64,000 bases of DNA, taken from Acidobacteriota bacterium (GTDB lineage Bacteria; Acidobacteriota; UBA890; WLXD01). Location of the stretch: positions 279-64,278 of the forward strand of contig DASCOT010000213.1 of NCBI GenBank assembly GCA_036012155.1. Reading direction: 5' to 3'. The position numbers and the translations under genes were made by a program. Shown piece by piece: positions 39,474 to 49,737 of this stretch; position 1 is the first letter of the stretch; every line of letters begins with the position of its first letter. The notes beneath the pieces are model-generated. The model ran no database searches. It was not told where the DNA came from and worked only from the letters and a program-made list of their open reading frames with translations.

Positions 39474-41068
39474 GGACCCGACTCCTGGAACCAGTTGGTG
39501 ACCTCGACTCGTTCGATCGACACGACTCGTGAAGCACCGGGCATGCCCGGCGGCAGGTTGGTGCTCAACGATGGAACGTGGAACACCCCCGGCACGTTGG
39601 TGCCGAGATCGAACGTCGTGGAGACCAGCGCCCCGGCAACCGCTGTCTGCTTGGTTACGGATATCTCGTCTTGCCCGTAGATGGCGGCGAAGACGCTGAC
39701 ATGCGTCGCCTCGTCGATGAGCACGTCGTCGGCGGCGATCAGCCCGAGGTTCCCGTCGGCAATGTAGTTGCCGCTCGGAACGACGAAGCCGTCAATGTGC
39801 ATGTCATTGGTCGCATAGATCGTGCCCGTTCCGTCGTACTTCACGCCTCGCAGCCCGGGCTGGCCATGCGGCTGCCCGAGGCGCAACGACCCGTCGACCC
39901 TGACGATGCCGGAGATATCCAGTGCCAGCGTGCTCGGATCCCAGGAGATCGAGTTGCCGTTGGCGTCCGAATGGCTGAACGCGGCGATGCTCTCGGAGAT
40001 CTCGGCCTCGGTGATCGTCAACGAATTGGCGTCGAGGAAATCCTGGTGCGTGGACCAGGCTGTCCCCGTCGCCGGGTCGACGTAAGGATCGGCGAGTGTC
40101 GGAAACTCCACCTGGTCGGTGTCGTACGCACCCCAGTAGTCGGAATGGACCTCCGATGAGGGCCCCACGGTTCCGTCCGCACGAACCCCATCAATGGTCT
40201 CCTTGGTACCGTTGCTGTCGTCGTTTACCTCGCCGATGTAGGCGCTTCCGGTCAGCGAGATGTCGGCATGCTGCGCACGAATGACGGTCTCGAGAGTCTC
40301 GACGTTCACGCCATTCACCACCACCGTCGGCAGCGCCGGCAACTTCCCTGCGTCGGTAGCACCGAACCAGTCGACGGCATCGCCGTAGTGGTTGTGAATG
40401 TCGGCGCTGCCACCGAACTCGATTGTCGGCGGTGACGACTCGTCGCCGATGACGTGCACTGATCCACGCACGGCCACGTGCCCGTTGATCGTGCCGCCGC
40501 CAGCACCAGAGTCGGCAAAGATGGCGTTGTCCCAGACGCCGTGGGCACTCAGTTGTGTCCCGACGTCGGCGCGCACAACCTGCATCGCTTGGTCCCCGGT
40601 GCCGCCGCTACCGATCGACCGCGTCCGAAACGTCACGACAGGATCGGTGCCCGACATACTGAGCGTCGGCGGCATCCAGATCTGGCGAGTGAAGGAACCG
40701 TAACCAGCGCTCTGCGAGTTACCCAAGTCGACGTAGCCCGGAATCACCTCCCCGCCGGCATCGGTCGGCAACACCAGGGCGGTGCCGTCGATCGTGACCG
40801 TCGAGGGGAACGGGTCGACGAGCGCCCACGGCCCGGACTCGAGCACCTGGTCGATCCAAGTGAAATCAGCACGCAGGTCGACGATCGTCCGCTCGATGCC
40901 CGAGTCAGCTGCATAGTACACGGTAGCACGATTTCGATAGTTGCCGGAGATGTCGAGCTCCGAGACCCCGGCAGTAACCAAACCCATCGCCAGCGCCATG
41001 GTGATCGCCATGACCAGCAGCGTGATGACGTACGCGGAGCCGACGTCATGCTGGAGCGTCTGCGTCAC
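39470..41068 (-). CDS. Large PilX-N-domain pilus assembly / tip-associated protein
   Basis: N-terminus QTLQHDVGSAYVITLLVMAITMALAMGL is PilX-like. GTG start with RBS AAGGAGA. Track ORF extends to 41242. Confidence 0.65.
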   Translation of the reverse strand: MTQTLQHDVGSAYVITLLVMAITMALAMGLVTAGVSELDISGNYRNRATVYYAADSGIERTIVDLRADFTWIDQVLESGPWALVDPFPSTVTIDGTALVLPTDAGGEVIPGYVDLGNSQSAGYGSFTRQIWMPPTLSMSGTDPVVTFRTRSIGSGGTGDQAMQVVRADVGTQLSAHGVWDNAIFADSGAGGGTINGHVAVRGSVHVIGDESSPPTIEFGGSADIHNHYGDAVDWFGATDAGKLPALPTVVVNGVNVETLETVIRAQHADISLTGSAYIGEVNDDSNGTKETIDGVRADGTVGPSSEVHSDYWGAYDTDQVEFPTLADPYVDPATGTAWSTHQDFLDANSLTITEAEISESIAAFSHSDANGNSISWDPSTLALDISGIVRVDGSLRLGQPHGQPGLRGVKYDGTGTIYATNDMHIDGFVVPSGNYIADGNLGLIAADDVLIDEATHVSVFAAIYGQDEISVTKQTAVAGALVSTTFDLGTNVPGVFHVPSLSTNLPPGMPGASRVVSIERVEVTNWFQESGP

Positions 41069-41454
41069 TTGGTCGTCTCCTTCTGCTCGTCTGTGCCCAT
41101 TGAAACTCAGTAAGAGATATCTCAAATCACCAGAACATAGATAACACCATATGGCAGGCATGCCCGGCCTCCTGAACCGACAGCTCGGCCATATCTCTGC
41201 GGACAGCGGCGGCCGACGTCCGCAACACCTGTGCATCGGCACCTAGGCCGACACCAGCCTCCTCGCACAGCTGCTGGCATCGTCCGGCATATCCGGCGGG
41301 ATTCCGGCATACCGGACGCTGCGGCGCGCCTCGCCTGCAGCGGGCGGATAATAGACTTGGCGTCCGTTGAGAAACATCGTGGGCTATGGTCGAATGCCGG
41401 CAGCTTTTGTCGCACGTCGAAACGATTCCACCGCACCGTTGGAGGACACCCGAC

Positions 41455-43569
41455 ATGAAGATTCGCCGATTCGCGCGCCCCGGACCGATCTCCGCGACGC
41501 TACTTGCCGGCCTCGCAGCAGGTGCCGCGCTCCCATCGGCGAGCTCGGCGCAGGCACTGGTTGCCGGCAGCGCCCCCACGGCTGTAGGAGCCGGCTCCGT
41601 GGCACAGCGGCCGTTGCTCACCATCGACGACCAGTTTCTGTTGGAGCGCGTCGGATCGCCTCAGATCAGCCCCGACGGCATGCGGGTTGCCTATACGGTC
41701 GGCACCACGGACTACGACACCAACAGCTCCGAGACGCGCATATGGGTCGTCAATCGCGATGGCGGGGCGCCGATTCCGATGACCGGCAAAGGGAGCTCGG
41801 CTTCGAGTCCGCGATGGAGCCCGGATGGACGGCTCCTGTCGTTCCTCGCATCCCGTGACGAAGGCAAGACACAGGTTTGGGCGCTCGATCTGACCACCGG
41901 TGGCGAAGCGGTCCAGCTGACCGAAGCCGAGGAAAGTGTATCAGGCTACGAGTGGAGCCCGGACGGCAGGCGGATGGCGCTGAGCATCAAGGACCCGGCG
42001 CTCGAGAAGAACCCGGCGGCCAAGACCAAGAGCGGCTCGGATATTCCCGAGCCCTGGGTCGTCGACCGGCTGCAGTTCAAGCGCGACTACGTCGGCTACC
42101 TGGATCACCGTCGCAACCATCTCTACACGTTCGATCTGGCCAGCAAGAAGATCGTGCAGATCACCTCGGGCGATTACGACGATTCCCAGGCGGTGTGGTC
42201 GCCCGACAGCCAGATGATCGCCTTCGTCAGCAATCGCACCGACGCCGCCGACGACAACTTCGATACCAACATCTGGCTCGTCGACGCCGATAACACCGAC
42301 AAGGGCGCGCGGCTGACACAGGTCACCAGGAACCCCGGCCCGGACGGCTCGCCGACTTGGAGCCCGGATGGAAGACGCATCGCCCACGTTACCGAGACGG
42401 ATCCCGCTCACGCCCCCTACGATATCGCCAAGGTGGCGGTGATCGAGCCGGGTGGACAGGCAAGGGTCCTCACCGAGGACCTGGACCGCGGCAGCCGACG
42501 TCCGATGTTCACCGCCGACGGCAACTCGGTCTACTTCCAGGTCGATGACAGCGGCGAGCGTCACCTGGCGATGGTTCCCACCACCGGCGGCGAAGTGACC
42601 CGGGTTATCGACGGGCCGCGCAGCGTCAACGCGGTGACCATCTCCGACGACGGTACGATCGTCGCGCTCATCAGCGAGCCGCGCGAGCCGGGCAATCTCT
42701 ACCTTCGCGAGGACAACGGCGCTCTGCGCAAGCTCACGCGCAACAACGACGAGACGCTGACCGGAGTCGATCTGGCCGAGGTCGAGAACGTGCAGTTCCC
42801 GAGCGCCGATGGCACCGAGATCGAGGGCTTTATCTTCAAGCCACCGGGCTTTCAGGAGGGCGTACGCTATCCGACCATCCTGCGGATCCATGGCGGTCCC
42901 GTGTCGCAGTACACCTACGGATGGAACTACGAGGCGCAACTATTTGCCGCCAATGGCTACTTGGTGGTAACCACGAACCCGCGTGGATCATCCGGCTATG
43001 GCAAGGCATTCCAGATGGGGATCTGGCAGTCCTGGGGTGAGAAAGACACCCAGGACGTGATCGCCGGCGTCGACCACGCCATCAAGCTCGGTTGGGCCGA
43101 CCCTGACCGACTCGGAGTTGGCGGCTGGTCGTACGGAGGCATTCTCACCAACTACGTCATCACGCAGACGCAGCGATTCAAGGCTGCGATCGCCGGCGCC
43201 TCCGGAGCACACTGGATCAGCAGCTACGGACACGACCACTATCAGCGTTGGTACCGGCTCGAGTTCGGAAACCCCTGGGAACCCGAGTCGCGGGCGATCT
43301 ACGAGAAGCTGTCGTCGTACAACGATGTCGACAAGATCACCACACCGACGATGTGGGTCGGCGGCAAGGAGGACTGGAACGTCCCCATTATTCATGCCGA
43401 GATGATGTATCAGGCCGTCAAGAGCATGGGCCGCGAGGCGCTGCTCGTCGTGTACCCGAACATGCATCACGGTATAAACCTGCCCTATTACCGCAAGGAT
43501 CTACATCAGCGCTATCTGGCCTGGTACGACAAGTACCTCGAGCCGCAAATGCCAGCGGCGGGCGAGTAG
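41455..43569 (+). CDS. S9 family serine peptidase (acylaminoacyl/prolyl oligopeptidase-like) with N-terminal beta-propeller, secreted
   Basis: GWSYGG nucleophile elbow, with the catalytic Asp/His in C-terminal blocks. TolB-like propeller repeats (SPDG...). Signal peptide from MKIRRFARPG with RBS GGAGGA. Confidence 0.85.
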   Translation: MKIRRFARPGPISATLLAGLAAGAALPSASSAQALVAGSAPTAVGAGSVAQRPLLTIDDQFLLERVGSPQISPDGMRVAYTVGTTDYDTNSSETRIWVVNRDGGAPIPMTGKGSSASSPRWSPDGRLLSFLASRDEGKTQVWALDLTTGGEAVQLTEAEESVSGYEWSPDGRRMALSIKDPALEKNPAAKTKSGSDIPEPWVVDRLQFKRDYVGYLDHRRNHLYTFDLASKKIVQITSGDYDDSQAVWSPDSQMIAFVSNRTDAADDNFDTNIWLVDADNTDKGARLTQVTRNPGPDGSPTWSPDGRRIAHVTETDPAHAPYDIAKVAVIEPGGQARVLTEDLDRGSRRPMFTADGNSVYFQVDDSGERHLAMVPTTGGEVTRVIDGPRSVNAVTISDDGTIVALISEPREPGNLYLREDNGALRKLTRNNDETLTGVDLAEVENVQFPSADGTEIEGFIFKPPGFQEGVRYPTILRIHGGPVSQYTYGWNYEAQLFAANGYLVVTTNPRGSSGYGKAFQMGIWQSWGEKDTQDVIAGVDHAIKLGWADPDRLGVGGWSYGGILTNYVITQTQRFKAAIAGASGAHWISSYGHDHYQRWYRLEFGNPWEPESRAIYEKLSSYNDVDKITTPTMWVGGKEDWNVPIIHAEMMYQAVKSMGREALLVVYPNMHHGINLPYYRKDLHQRYLAWYDKYLEPQMPAAGE

Positions 43570-43652
43570 CAACAGCAACCAACAGCGTCTGTGCATCTGT
43601 CGGTGAAGCCAGATCCGGACCCGGTGTGTGAGCGCCCTGAAGGAGGGCAACC

Positions 43653-44192
43653 GTGACAGAGGTACCCAACGTCCTCGCCGGCGGCGGCGCACCGGCAACC
43701 TACGAGGACCTCCTCGACCGCCTGAGTGACCTCGGGATCGAGGTGCAGACGATCGAACACCAGCCCGTCTTCACCGTCGACGAGGCGAAGGCGCATCGCG
43801 GCAAGCTGGAAGGGGCGCACACCAAGAACCTCTTCCTGCGCGACAAGAAGAAGAGGATGTGGCTCGTGGTGTGCCGCGAGGACCGTAGCGTCGACCTCAA
43901 GAAGCTACCCGCCGTGATACGCAGCGGGCGGCTTTCGTTCGGCAGCGCCCAGCGCCTGATGGAGAACCTTGGCGTGATCCCGGGAGCGGTGACTCCGTTC
44001 GCCGTGATCAACGATCACGGTCTCAATGTGCAGGTCGCAATCGAGCGCGGCCTGCTCGACGACACCGCCTGGAACTTCCACCCGCTGGACAACGCCAGAA
44101 CGACATCGATCCAGCCGCAGGACATGCTCCGATTCCTCGAAGCGTTGGAGCACACCCCACAGCTCGTCGATCTGGGCTCCGCCACCCGCTAG
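43653..44192 (+). CDS. YbaK/ProX-family aminoacyl-tRNA deacylase (prolyl-tRNA synthetase-associated domain)
   Basis: 179 aa. KNLFLRDKKKRMWLVV...GAVTPFA blocks. Confidence 0.7.
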   Translation: MTEVPNVLAGGGAPATYEDLLDRLSDLGIEVQTIEHQPVFTVDEAKAHRGKLEGAHTKNLFLRDKKKRMWLVVCREDRSVDLKKLPAVIRSGRLSFGSAQRLMENLGVIPGAVTPFAVINDHGLNVQVAIERGLLDDTAWNFHPLDNARTTSIQPQDMLRFLEALEHTPQLVDLGSATR

Positions 44193-44207
44193 CGCGGGCG
44201 TCGGATG

Positions 44208-44867
44208 CTACTTCGGTTGTGGCACGACCCGGATATAGGGAAGCGGCTGCTGCCAGCCGTCCGGGTACTTTTCTCTGGCCTGCTCGTCTGACACCGCCGG
44301 CGAGATGATCACGTCATCGCCCTGCTGCCAATTGGCCGGCGTCGCCACCTGCTGATAGGCAGTTAGCTGGCAGGAGTCGAGCAGCCGAAGGATCTCGGCG
44401 AAGTTTCGACCTGTGCTCATCGGGTAGGTGAGCGTCGCTTTGATGTTCTTGTCGGGCCCGATGACGAACACCGAGCGCGCAGTAGCATTGTCTGCCGGAG
44501 TGCGGCCTTCCGAGGTGTCGCCGGCGCCGCCTGGCAACATGTCGTACGCCTTGACGACCTCGAGCCTGGGATCGCCGATTAGCGGGTACGTGACCGCGTG
44601 TCCCTGCGAAGCCTCGATATCCTTCGACCACGCCTCGTGGTCGCTGACACCATCGACGCTAATGCCGATGAGCTTGCAGTTGCGATTCGCAAACTCGTCT
44701 TTCAGGCCGGCGGCAGCACCTAGCTCGGTCGTGCACACCGGCGTGAAGTCCTTCGGGTGCGAGAACATCACCACCCAGCTGTCACCGATCCACTCGTGGA
44801 AGCTGATCGTTCCCTGTGTGGTCTCGGCGGTAAAGTCAGGCGCCTGATCGTTGATTCGTAATGACAT
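44208..44867 (-). CDS. 1-Cys peroxiredoxin (Prx6-like)
   Basis: FTPVCTTE peroxidatic Cys motif. Start MSLRINDQAPDF with RBS GAGGAG. Track ORF extends to 44900. Confidence 0.85.
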   Translation of the reverse strand: MSLRINDQAPDFTAETTQGTISFHEWIGDSWVVMFSHPKDFTPVCTTELGAAAGLKDEFANRNCKLIGISVDGVSDHEAWSKDIEASQGHAVTYPLIGDPRLEVVKAYDMLPGGAGDTSEGRTPADNATARSVFVIGPDKNIKATLTYPMSTGRNFAEILRLLDSCQLTAYQQVATPANWQQGDDVIISPAVSDEQAREKYPDGWQQPLPYIRVVPQPK

Positions 44868-44931
44868 CCATGTCTCCTCTGGTTCGGGGCAGCTGCGCAT
44901 TCTAAAGGGTGCGCAACCGCTACGGCACAGG

Positions 44932-46272
44932 CTACCTTCGCCGAACGCGATGGAACCCTCGACTCGAGCCTTCGAAGCGCGGGTTGACGACGTTGTTGAA
45001 GATCGAGCCGAACGTATAGTTCACACCAAACCCGACGCGATAGCGGAAATCCGTTTCGACAGCGCGGCGAGAGAGGAGGATCTCCTCGTCGCTGATGCCG
45101 CTGGCCGGCAGGAAGATCTGGTCGCGGACCAGAGAGGCGCTCCCGAAGACGCTCAGCCTGAGTCCGCGGCTGACCCGGAAGTCGAGATTGCCGCGCATCT
45201 CCGCTCGGTGCTTTCCCGGATCGTTGATCAGGTGGGCCGCCTCGAGCGTGAAGCCTGCTTCACCCCACGGGCGATTGAACTCAAGGCCGACGAGCAGCCC
45301 ATGGTCGGCCAGCGTCTGCTCGGTATGTCCGAAGATCGTTCGCTCGCGATACGCGTAGCGCGTCACCCCGGCAAAGTAGGTGAGCGTCAGCAATCTCTGC
45401 GATGACTCGTCGTAGGGAAAGAGATTGTGCTCGAGCGCTGCCGAGACGCGTGTCGACAGGTTCAGGTTGGAGAACGTCGAGGAGGCGCCCGCGACTCCCA
45501 CTCCGATACCCCAGCGCGGCCCGAGAGTCTTGATCACCTGGCCACCGAACCCAAACTCCCTGCCAACGCTCTTGAGCTTCTCGCCATCATCGAACTCGAA
45601 GTTGCGTTCGTCGTACTCGCCATCCACCCCGAGGAAGATCTTCCAGTCATCGGTCACCCGGCGAGCGCTGATGTCACCCTCGATCTCGCGCGACGACTGG
45701 CGCTCTTCGCCTCGCAGTGAAGCATCCGCGTCGATGCGAAACACCCAGAAGTTCCACGGATCTTCCGCGGGTGTCGCTGCCACCGGCCGCGGCCTCGAAG
45801 GAGAAACGTGCACAGATCTCATCTGAGTGGCCAGCGGCGTGCGCAGCAGATACGGGCCCAGCCCGAGGGTTAGCACGCTACCCAGAGCCCTCCGAACCTC
45901 GTCGTCCGTATCGGTATCGGAGGTGGTGAACACATGGGTATCGACCTCGTCGGCGAACGCCGCAATACCGATGAACTGGAGGCTGTACTCGTTGCCGGCT
46001 CCCGTACGCCGGTTCGTCACGAGCACATGCACATCCGCGTCACGCCTGTCGAGCACGTAGTCGACGAACGGCACCTCGCGGCGCAGGTAGTCGAAATCGC
46101 AGCGACGCTCGCAGTCGAGGAAGATACGCAGCGCCGGCCCCGATCTGGGCGGGCGGGCCTCCTGCGGCCGCTCCGATGCCGCACCCACCGGCGTGATCGC
46201 CAGAGCCAGGAAGGCAAGCATCGCCAGGGCGCACCACCCATGTCGCCGACGCCCTTCTGCGCTCTGTGTCAC
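44932..46272 (-). CDS. Uncharacterised secreted protein, probable outer-membrane beta-barrel
   Basis: N-terminal signal peptide. The C-terminal ~250 aa show alternating hydrophobic beta-strand patterning. No family recognised with confidence. Confidence 0.45.
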   Translation of the reverse strand: MTQSAEGRRRHGWCALAMLAFLALAITPVGAASERPQEARPPRSGPALRIFLDCERRCDFDYLRREVPFVDYVLDRRDADVHVLVTNRRTGAGNEYSLQFIGIAAFADEVDTHVFTTSDTDTDDEVRRALGSVLTLGLGPYLLRTPLATQMRSVHVSPSRPRPVAATPAEDPWNFWVFRIDADASLRGEERQSSREIEGDISARRVTDDWKIFLGVDGEYDERNFEFDDGEKLKSVGREFGFGGQVIKTLGPRWGIGVGVAGASSTFSNLNLSTRVSAALEHNLFPYDESSQRLLTLTYFAGVTRYAYRERTIFGHTEQTLADHGLLVGLEFNRPWGEAGFTLEAAHLINDPGKHRAEMRGNLDFRVSRGLRLSVFGSASLVRDQIFLPASGISDEEILLSRRAVETDFRYRVGFGVNYTFGSIFNNVVNPRFEGSSRGFHRVRRR

Positions 46273-46378
46273 CCACCTCTCCCGCAGACGTGAGCTTGGC
46301 GCACAGACGCCCGCCCCTCCGAGAATTGTATTCTGGACATTGTATATACTTCGCCCTTGCTGGCGTCGGCGCGTCCTA

Positions 46379-47668
46379 TCAAGCGAACCGGGCCGGATCC
46401 ACCGCCGCCTCAAGACTCATCGGCATCGCCTCACCAGACACCAAATCCGCCACCAGCTTTCCAGTGATTGGCGCCAGCGCTACCCCCAACATGCCGTGAC
46501 CGGTAGCCAGCGTGAGGTTTGCGAGGCCCGGAGCCGTTCCGATGATCGGCAACCCATCAGGGCTGCAGGGGCGAAACCCCGTCCACATCGCCACGGCGGC
46601 CCCATTCGCAGCGCCGCCTACGGCGGCATGGATCGCTCCGATATCGGTCTCCGGCAGATACGTCGCAACCTGCTCCAGAATGGCGGCGATGCGCCCTGTC
46701 TTGATCGAACGATCGAAGCCCGCCAGCTCCAAAGCGCCGGTGAAACGCAGCCGCTCGCCCATCGGGGTCACGGTCACCCCTACCTCGTGTAGGAGCAAGG
46801 GGATACGCAGAGTACATCCGCCGCGCGGCAACGTGATGCTATATCCCTTCCCGGGCTGCACCGGAACGCGCACCCCCATCGCGGCGGCGAGCCGCTGGGT
46901 GAAGGCCCCGGTGGCGAGAACCACCGATCGAGCCGCGAGCCGCCGGTCGCCCGCCCGAATCGCGTAGATTCGATCACCGCGCCGCTCGAATCCGTCAACC
47001 TCGGTCGACGAGAGCATCTCGACCCCGTGGGCACACAGGTAGGCAGCCAAGGTGCGTACGAAGCTCGACGGGTCGAGGTGGCAATCCTGGCGAAAGTACG
47101 CGGCGCCAATCGCTTCCATACGCAGGGCGGGCTCGAGCTCCAACAGGGTGCGCGCGTCGAGCAGGTCGACGTCGAGACCAGCGGATCGCAGTGTCTCGGC
47201 ATGCTCGACACCATGGTGCTTGCCCGCCGCCGTGCGGTAGGGCATCAGGATGCCGTTCTCGCGCAGATCCATCTCGACGCTGTCGAGCCGAGCAATGTCG
47301 CGGAACAGGTCGACGCTCGCCAGCATGAGGTCGCGTAACACCGGCACCGAGCGCTGGACATGCGCCTCGGTACACGAGGCCCGAAAACGCCACAGCCACC
47401 GAAGCAACTCCCGATCCAGGCGTGGCCGGATATACAGAGGACCGTCGGATCTGAACAGCCAGCGCAGACCCTGAGCAATCACACCAGGAGCAGCGAGCGG
47501 TACGACATGGCTGGGAACGAGCATGCCGGCGTTGCCGTGCGAGGCGCCGTCGCTACCGTCCCCGCGCTCGACAACCGTTACCGAACAGCCTGCGCGCCAC
47601 AGGAAGTAAGCACAGCACATGCCGACGGCGCCGCCGCCGACCACGACCACGTCACGCGTCGATGTCAT
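46379..47668 (-). CDS. FAD-dependent oxidoreductase (D-amino-acid / D-hydroxyproline dehydrogenase DadA-like)
   Basis: VVVVGGGAVGMCCAYFL dinucleotide-binding fold, DAO family. Its start overlaps the upstream proline racemase stop. Confidence 0.8.
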   Translation of the reverse strand: MTSTRDVVVVGGGAVGMCCAYFLWRAGCSVTVVERGDGSDGASHGNAGMLVPSHVVPLAAPGVIAQGLRWLFRSDGPLYIRPRLDRELLRWLWRFRASCTEAHVQRSVPVLRDLMLASVDLFRDIARLDSVEMDLRENGILMPYRTAAGKHHGVEHAETLRSAGLDVDLLDARTLLELEPALRMEAIGAAYFRQDCHLDPSSFVRTLAAYLCAHGVEMLSSTEVDGFERRGDRIYAIRAGDRRLAARSVVLATGAFTQRLAAAMGVRVPVQPGKGYSITLPRGGCTLRIPLLLHEVGVTVTPMGERLRFTGALELAGFDRSIKTGRIAAILEQVATYLPETDIGAIHAAVGGAANGAAVAMWTGFRPCSPDGLPIIGTAPGLANLTLATGHGMLGVALAPITGKLVADLVSGEAMPMSLEAAVDPARFA

Positions 47669-48618
47669 GGTGCGGTAGAGCGAATCCCGGCTCCGAACGG
47701 GTCTTCGTCATCGATGAACAAGGTGCTTTCCGACGTTACCCACGCGCTGCCGACGATCGTCGGCAGGACACCACCGTCGGTCTCCTCGATGCTGCCGTCG
47801 AAACGGCTCCCCAGGATGCTCTCCTGTCGCCAGGGCTGCCCCGGCAACAGCTTGCCATCGGCCCACAGACACGCCATCTTCGCGCTCGTACCGGTACCGC
47901 ACGGGGAGCGGTCGTACTCGCGGCCCGGACACAGCACGAAATTCCTGCTATCGGCCGCCTCACTCGTGGGCGGCCCGAACAACTCGATGTGATCGACGGC
48001 TGCGCCGTCGTCGCCGACAACGCGCGCCGCTTGCAGGGCCTGGCGAATCGACCAGCAATAGTCGGTAAGCACCGCCACGTTGTCTGGCTCGAGCCGCTGA
48101 CCATGCCCTTCGACCAGGTAGAACCAGTTGCCACCCCAAGCGACATCGCCACGCACCGAGCCGATTGCGGCAACCGGCACCTCGACCCCGCTAGCCGTTC
48201 GATAGCTGACAACATTCTCCACGGCGACCTGACCGTCGCTGCGGAGCTCGACGCCTACGATCCCCGCGGGAGTCTCGAACCGATGCGCGCCGGGTGCCAA
48301 CTTGCCGATCGACGCCAGGGTTATGGCCACTCCAATGGTGCCGTGCACACACATACCCAGGTAGCCGACGTTGTTGAAGAAGATCACCTGGGCCACGCAA
48401 TCGACCGCAGACGGCTCACCGAGCAACGCGCCGACCATCGCCCCGTACCCGCGGGGCTCGTTGACCACGGCGGAGCGAAAATCGTCGTGATGCGAGCGCA
48501 GCCGCGTCAGCCGCTCCGCGGCCGAGCCGTGGCCGAGGTCCGGGGCACCGTCGATGATCAGGCGTGTCGGCTCGCCCCCGGTGTGTGAATCGATGACGCG
48601 GATCTTTCGTGCCGCCAC
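47665..48618 (-). CDS. Proline racemase / 4-hydroxyproline 2-epimerase family protein
   Basis: SPCGTGTSAKMA catalytic Cys motif plus a second Cys region. 317 aa. Confidence 0.85.
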   Translation of the reverse strand: MAARKIRVIDSHTGGEPTRLIIDGAPDLGHGSAAERLTRLRSHHDDFRSAVVNEPRGYGAMVGALLGEPSAVDCVAQVIFFNNVGYLGMCVHGTIGVAITLASIGKLAPGAHRFETPAGIVGVELRSDGQVAVENVVSYRTASGVEVPVAAIGSVRGDVAWGGNWFYLVEGHGQRLEPDNVAVLTDYCWSIRQALQAARVVGDDGAAVDHIELFGPPTSEAADSRNFVLCPGREYDRSPCGTGTSAKMACLWADGKLLPGQPWRQESILGSRFDGSIEETDGGVLPTIVGSAWVTSESTLFIDDEDPFGAGIRSTAP

Positions 48619-48624
48619 TGCCGA

Positions 48625-49737
48625 CTAACGACCGGCTCGGTCGAGCTCCTCGTCAATGACCTTGGCAATCACATCGAACGGCACGGCCCCACCTGGAACC
48701 GGCCGACCGTTGACGAACAGGGCTGGGGTGCCGTCCACTCCCAGACGTTGGCCGGCGCGCAGGTCAGCTTGGACCGTCTCCGCGTAGCGGTCCGAATCGA
48801 GACAAGCTGCGAAGGCGTCACCATCCATGGAAAGTCGCTCCGCTTTGCCCTTGAGGTCGTCGACGGTCAAGGTGTCCTGCTCAGCGAACATCAGGTCGTG
48901 CAACTCCCAGAACTGCCCTTGCTCCTCAGCGCATAGCGACGCCTCAGCGGCCTTCTGCGCGTTCGGGTGGATCTCGCGCAGCGGGAACTGACGATAGACG
49001 AGACGAATACGCCCCGCGTAGGCATCCTTGACTTGTTCCACAGTCGGCGTGAAGCGGCCGCAGAATGGGCACTCGAAGTCTGAGAACTCGACGAGCGTCA
49101 CCGGCGCATCGGAGGGGCCAAAGCTCGGGTGACCTTCAGTTTCGATGTCGGCCCGCACCGGCTCGAGAATCAGGGTCACATCGTGATCGGTAGCCAGAAC
49201 GGCGGTGAACGCCTCGATGCCCTCTTCCTGACGCTGCTCGAACAGAAACTGTTCGATCGCCGGCTGCAGGGCCTCGAGCGGCCGCCCCTGAAGGCGACCA
49301 CTGTTCGCGTCGTACCAGGCGCTGACATCCTCGGCCGTAACCTGGATCACGGCGTTGATCTCGGTCTCCAGCATCTCCTCGGTGGTGGTGCCACGGAGTG
49401 TCGCCTCGGCGTCGAGCAACCGCTGCCTGACCGCGTCCTTCACGCCCGCCTCGAGGAGCTGAAACCGCTGTGTGCTGTACTCGAAGGCCAGTATCGCCAA
49501 GCGGTCGGTGACCGCCTCGCCCAGATCGTCGACGTGGAGCGGCGTCCCGTCGATCGTCGCCAGCACTGTGTCGCCGTCGGTCTCCGACGGCGGAACGATC
49601 GGTGTAGCGGTGCGCGTCTCCTGGGATCCTACCTCGCTGACACATCCCGTCGCCCCCAACATGGCGAAGATTCCCAGGGCCAGGAACAGGAGGGTGATCG
49701 AATTGCGTGGTTCGGATCGAACGAATCGGAAATTCAT
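48625..49737 (-). CDS. DsbA-family thioredoxin-fold lipoprotein (thiol:disulfide oxidoreductase)
   Basis: CPFCGRF CxxC motif. Signal/lipobox MLGATGC. Confidence 0.8.
   Translation of the reverse strand: MNFRFVRSEPRNSITLLFLALGIFAMLGATGCVSEVGSQETRTATPIVPPSETDGDTVLATIDGTPLHVDDLGEAVTDRLAILAFEYSTQRFQLLEAGVKDAVRQRLLDAEATLRGTTTEEMLETEINAVIQVTAEDVSAWYDANSGRLQGRPLEALQPAIEQFLFEQRQEEGIEAFTAVLATDHDVTLILEPVRADIETEGHPSFGPSDAPVTLVEFSDFECPFCGRFTPTVEQVKDAYAGRIRLVYRQFPLREIHPNAQKAAEASLCAEEQGQFWELHDLMFAEQDTLTVDDLKGKAERLSMDGDAFAACLDSDRYAETVQADLRAGQRLGVDGTPALFVNGRPVPGGAVPFDVIAKVIDEELDRAGR

Noticed and set aside
41941-42939. 332-aa minus-strand ORF
   Set aside because: Antisense to the S9 peptidase gene. No motifs.
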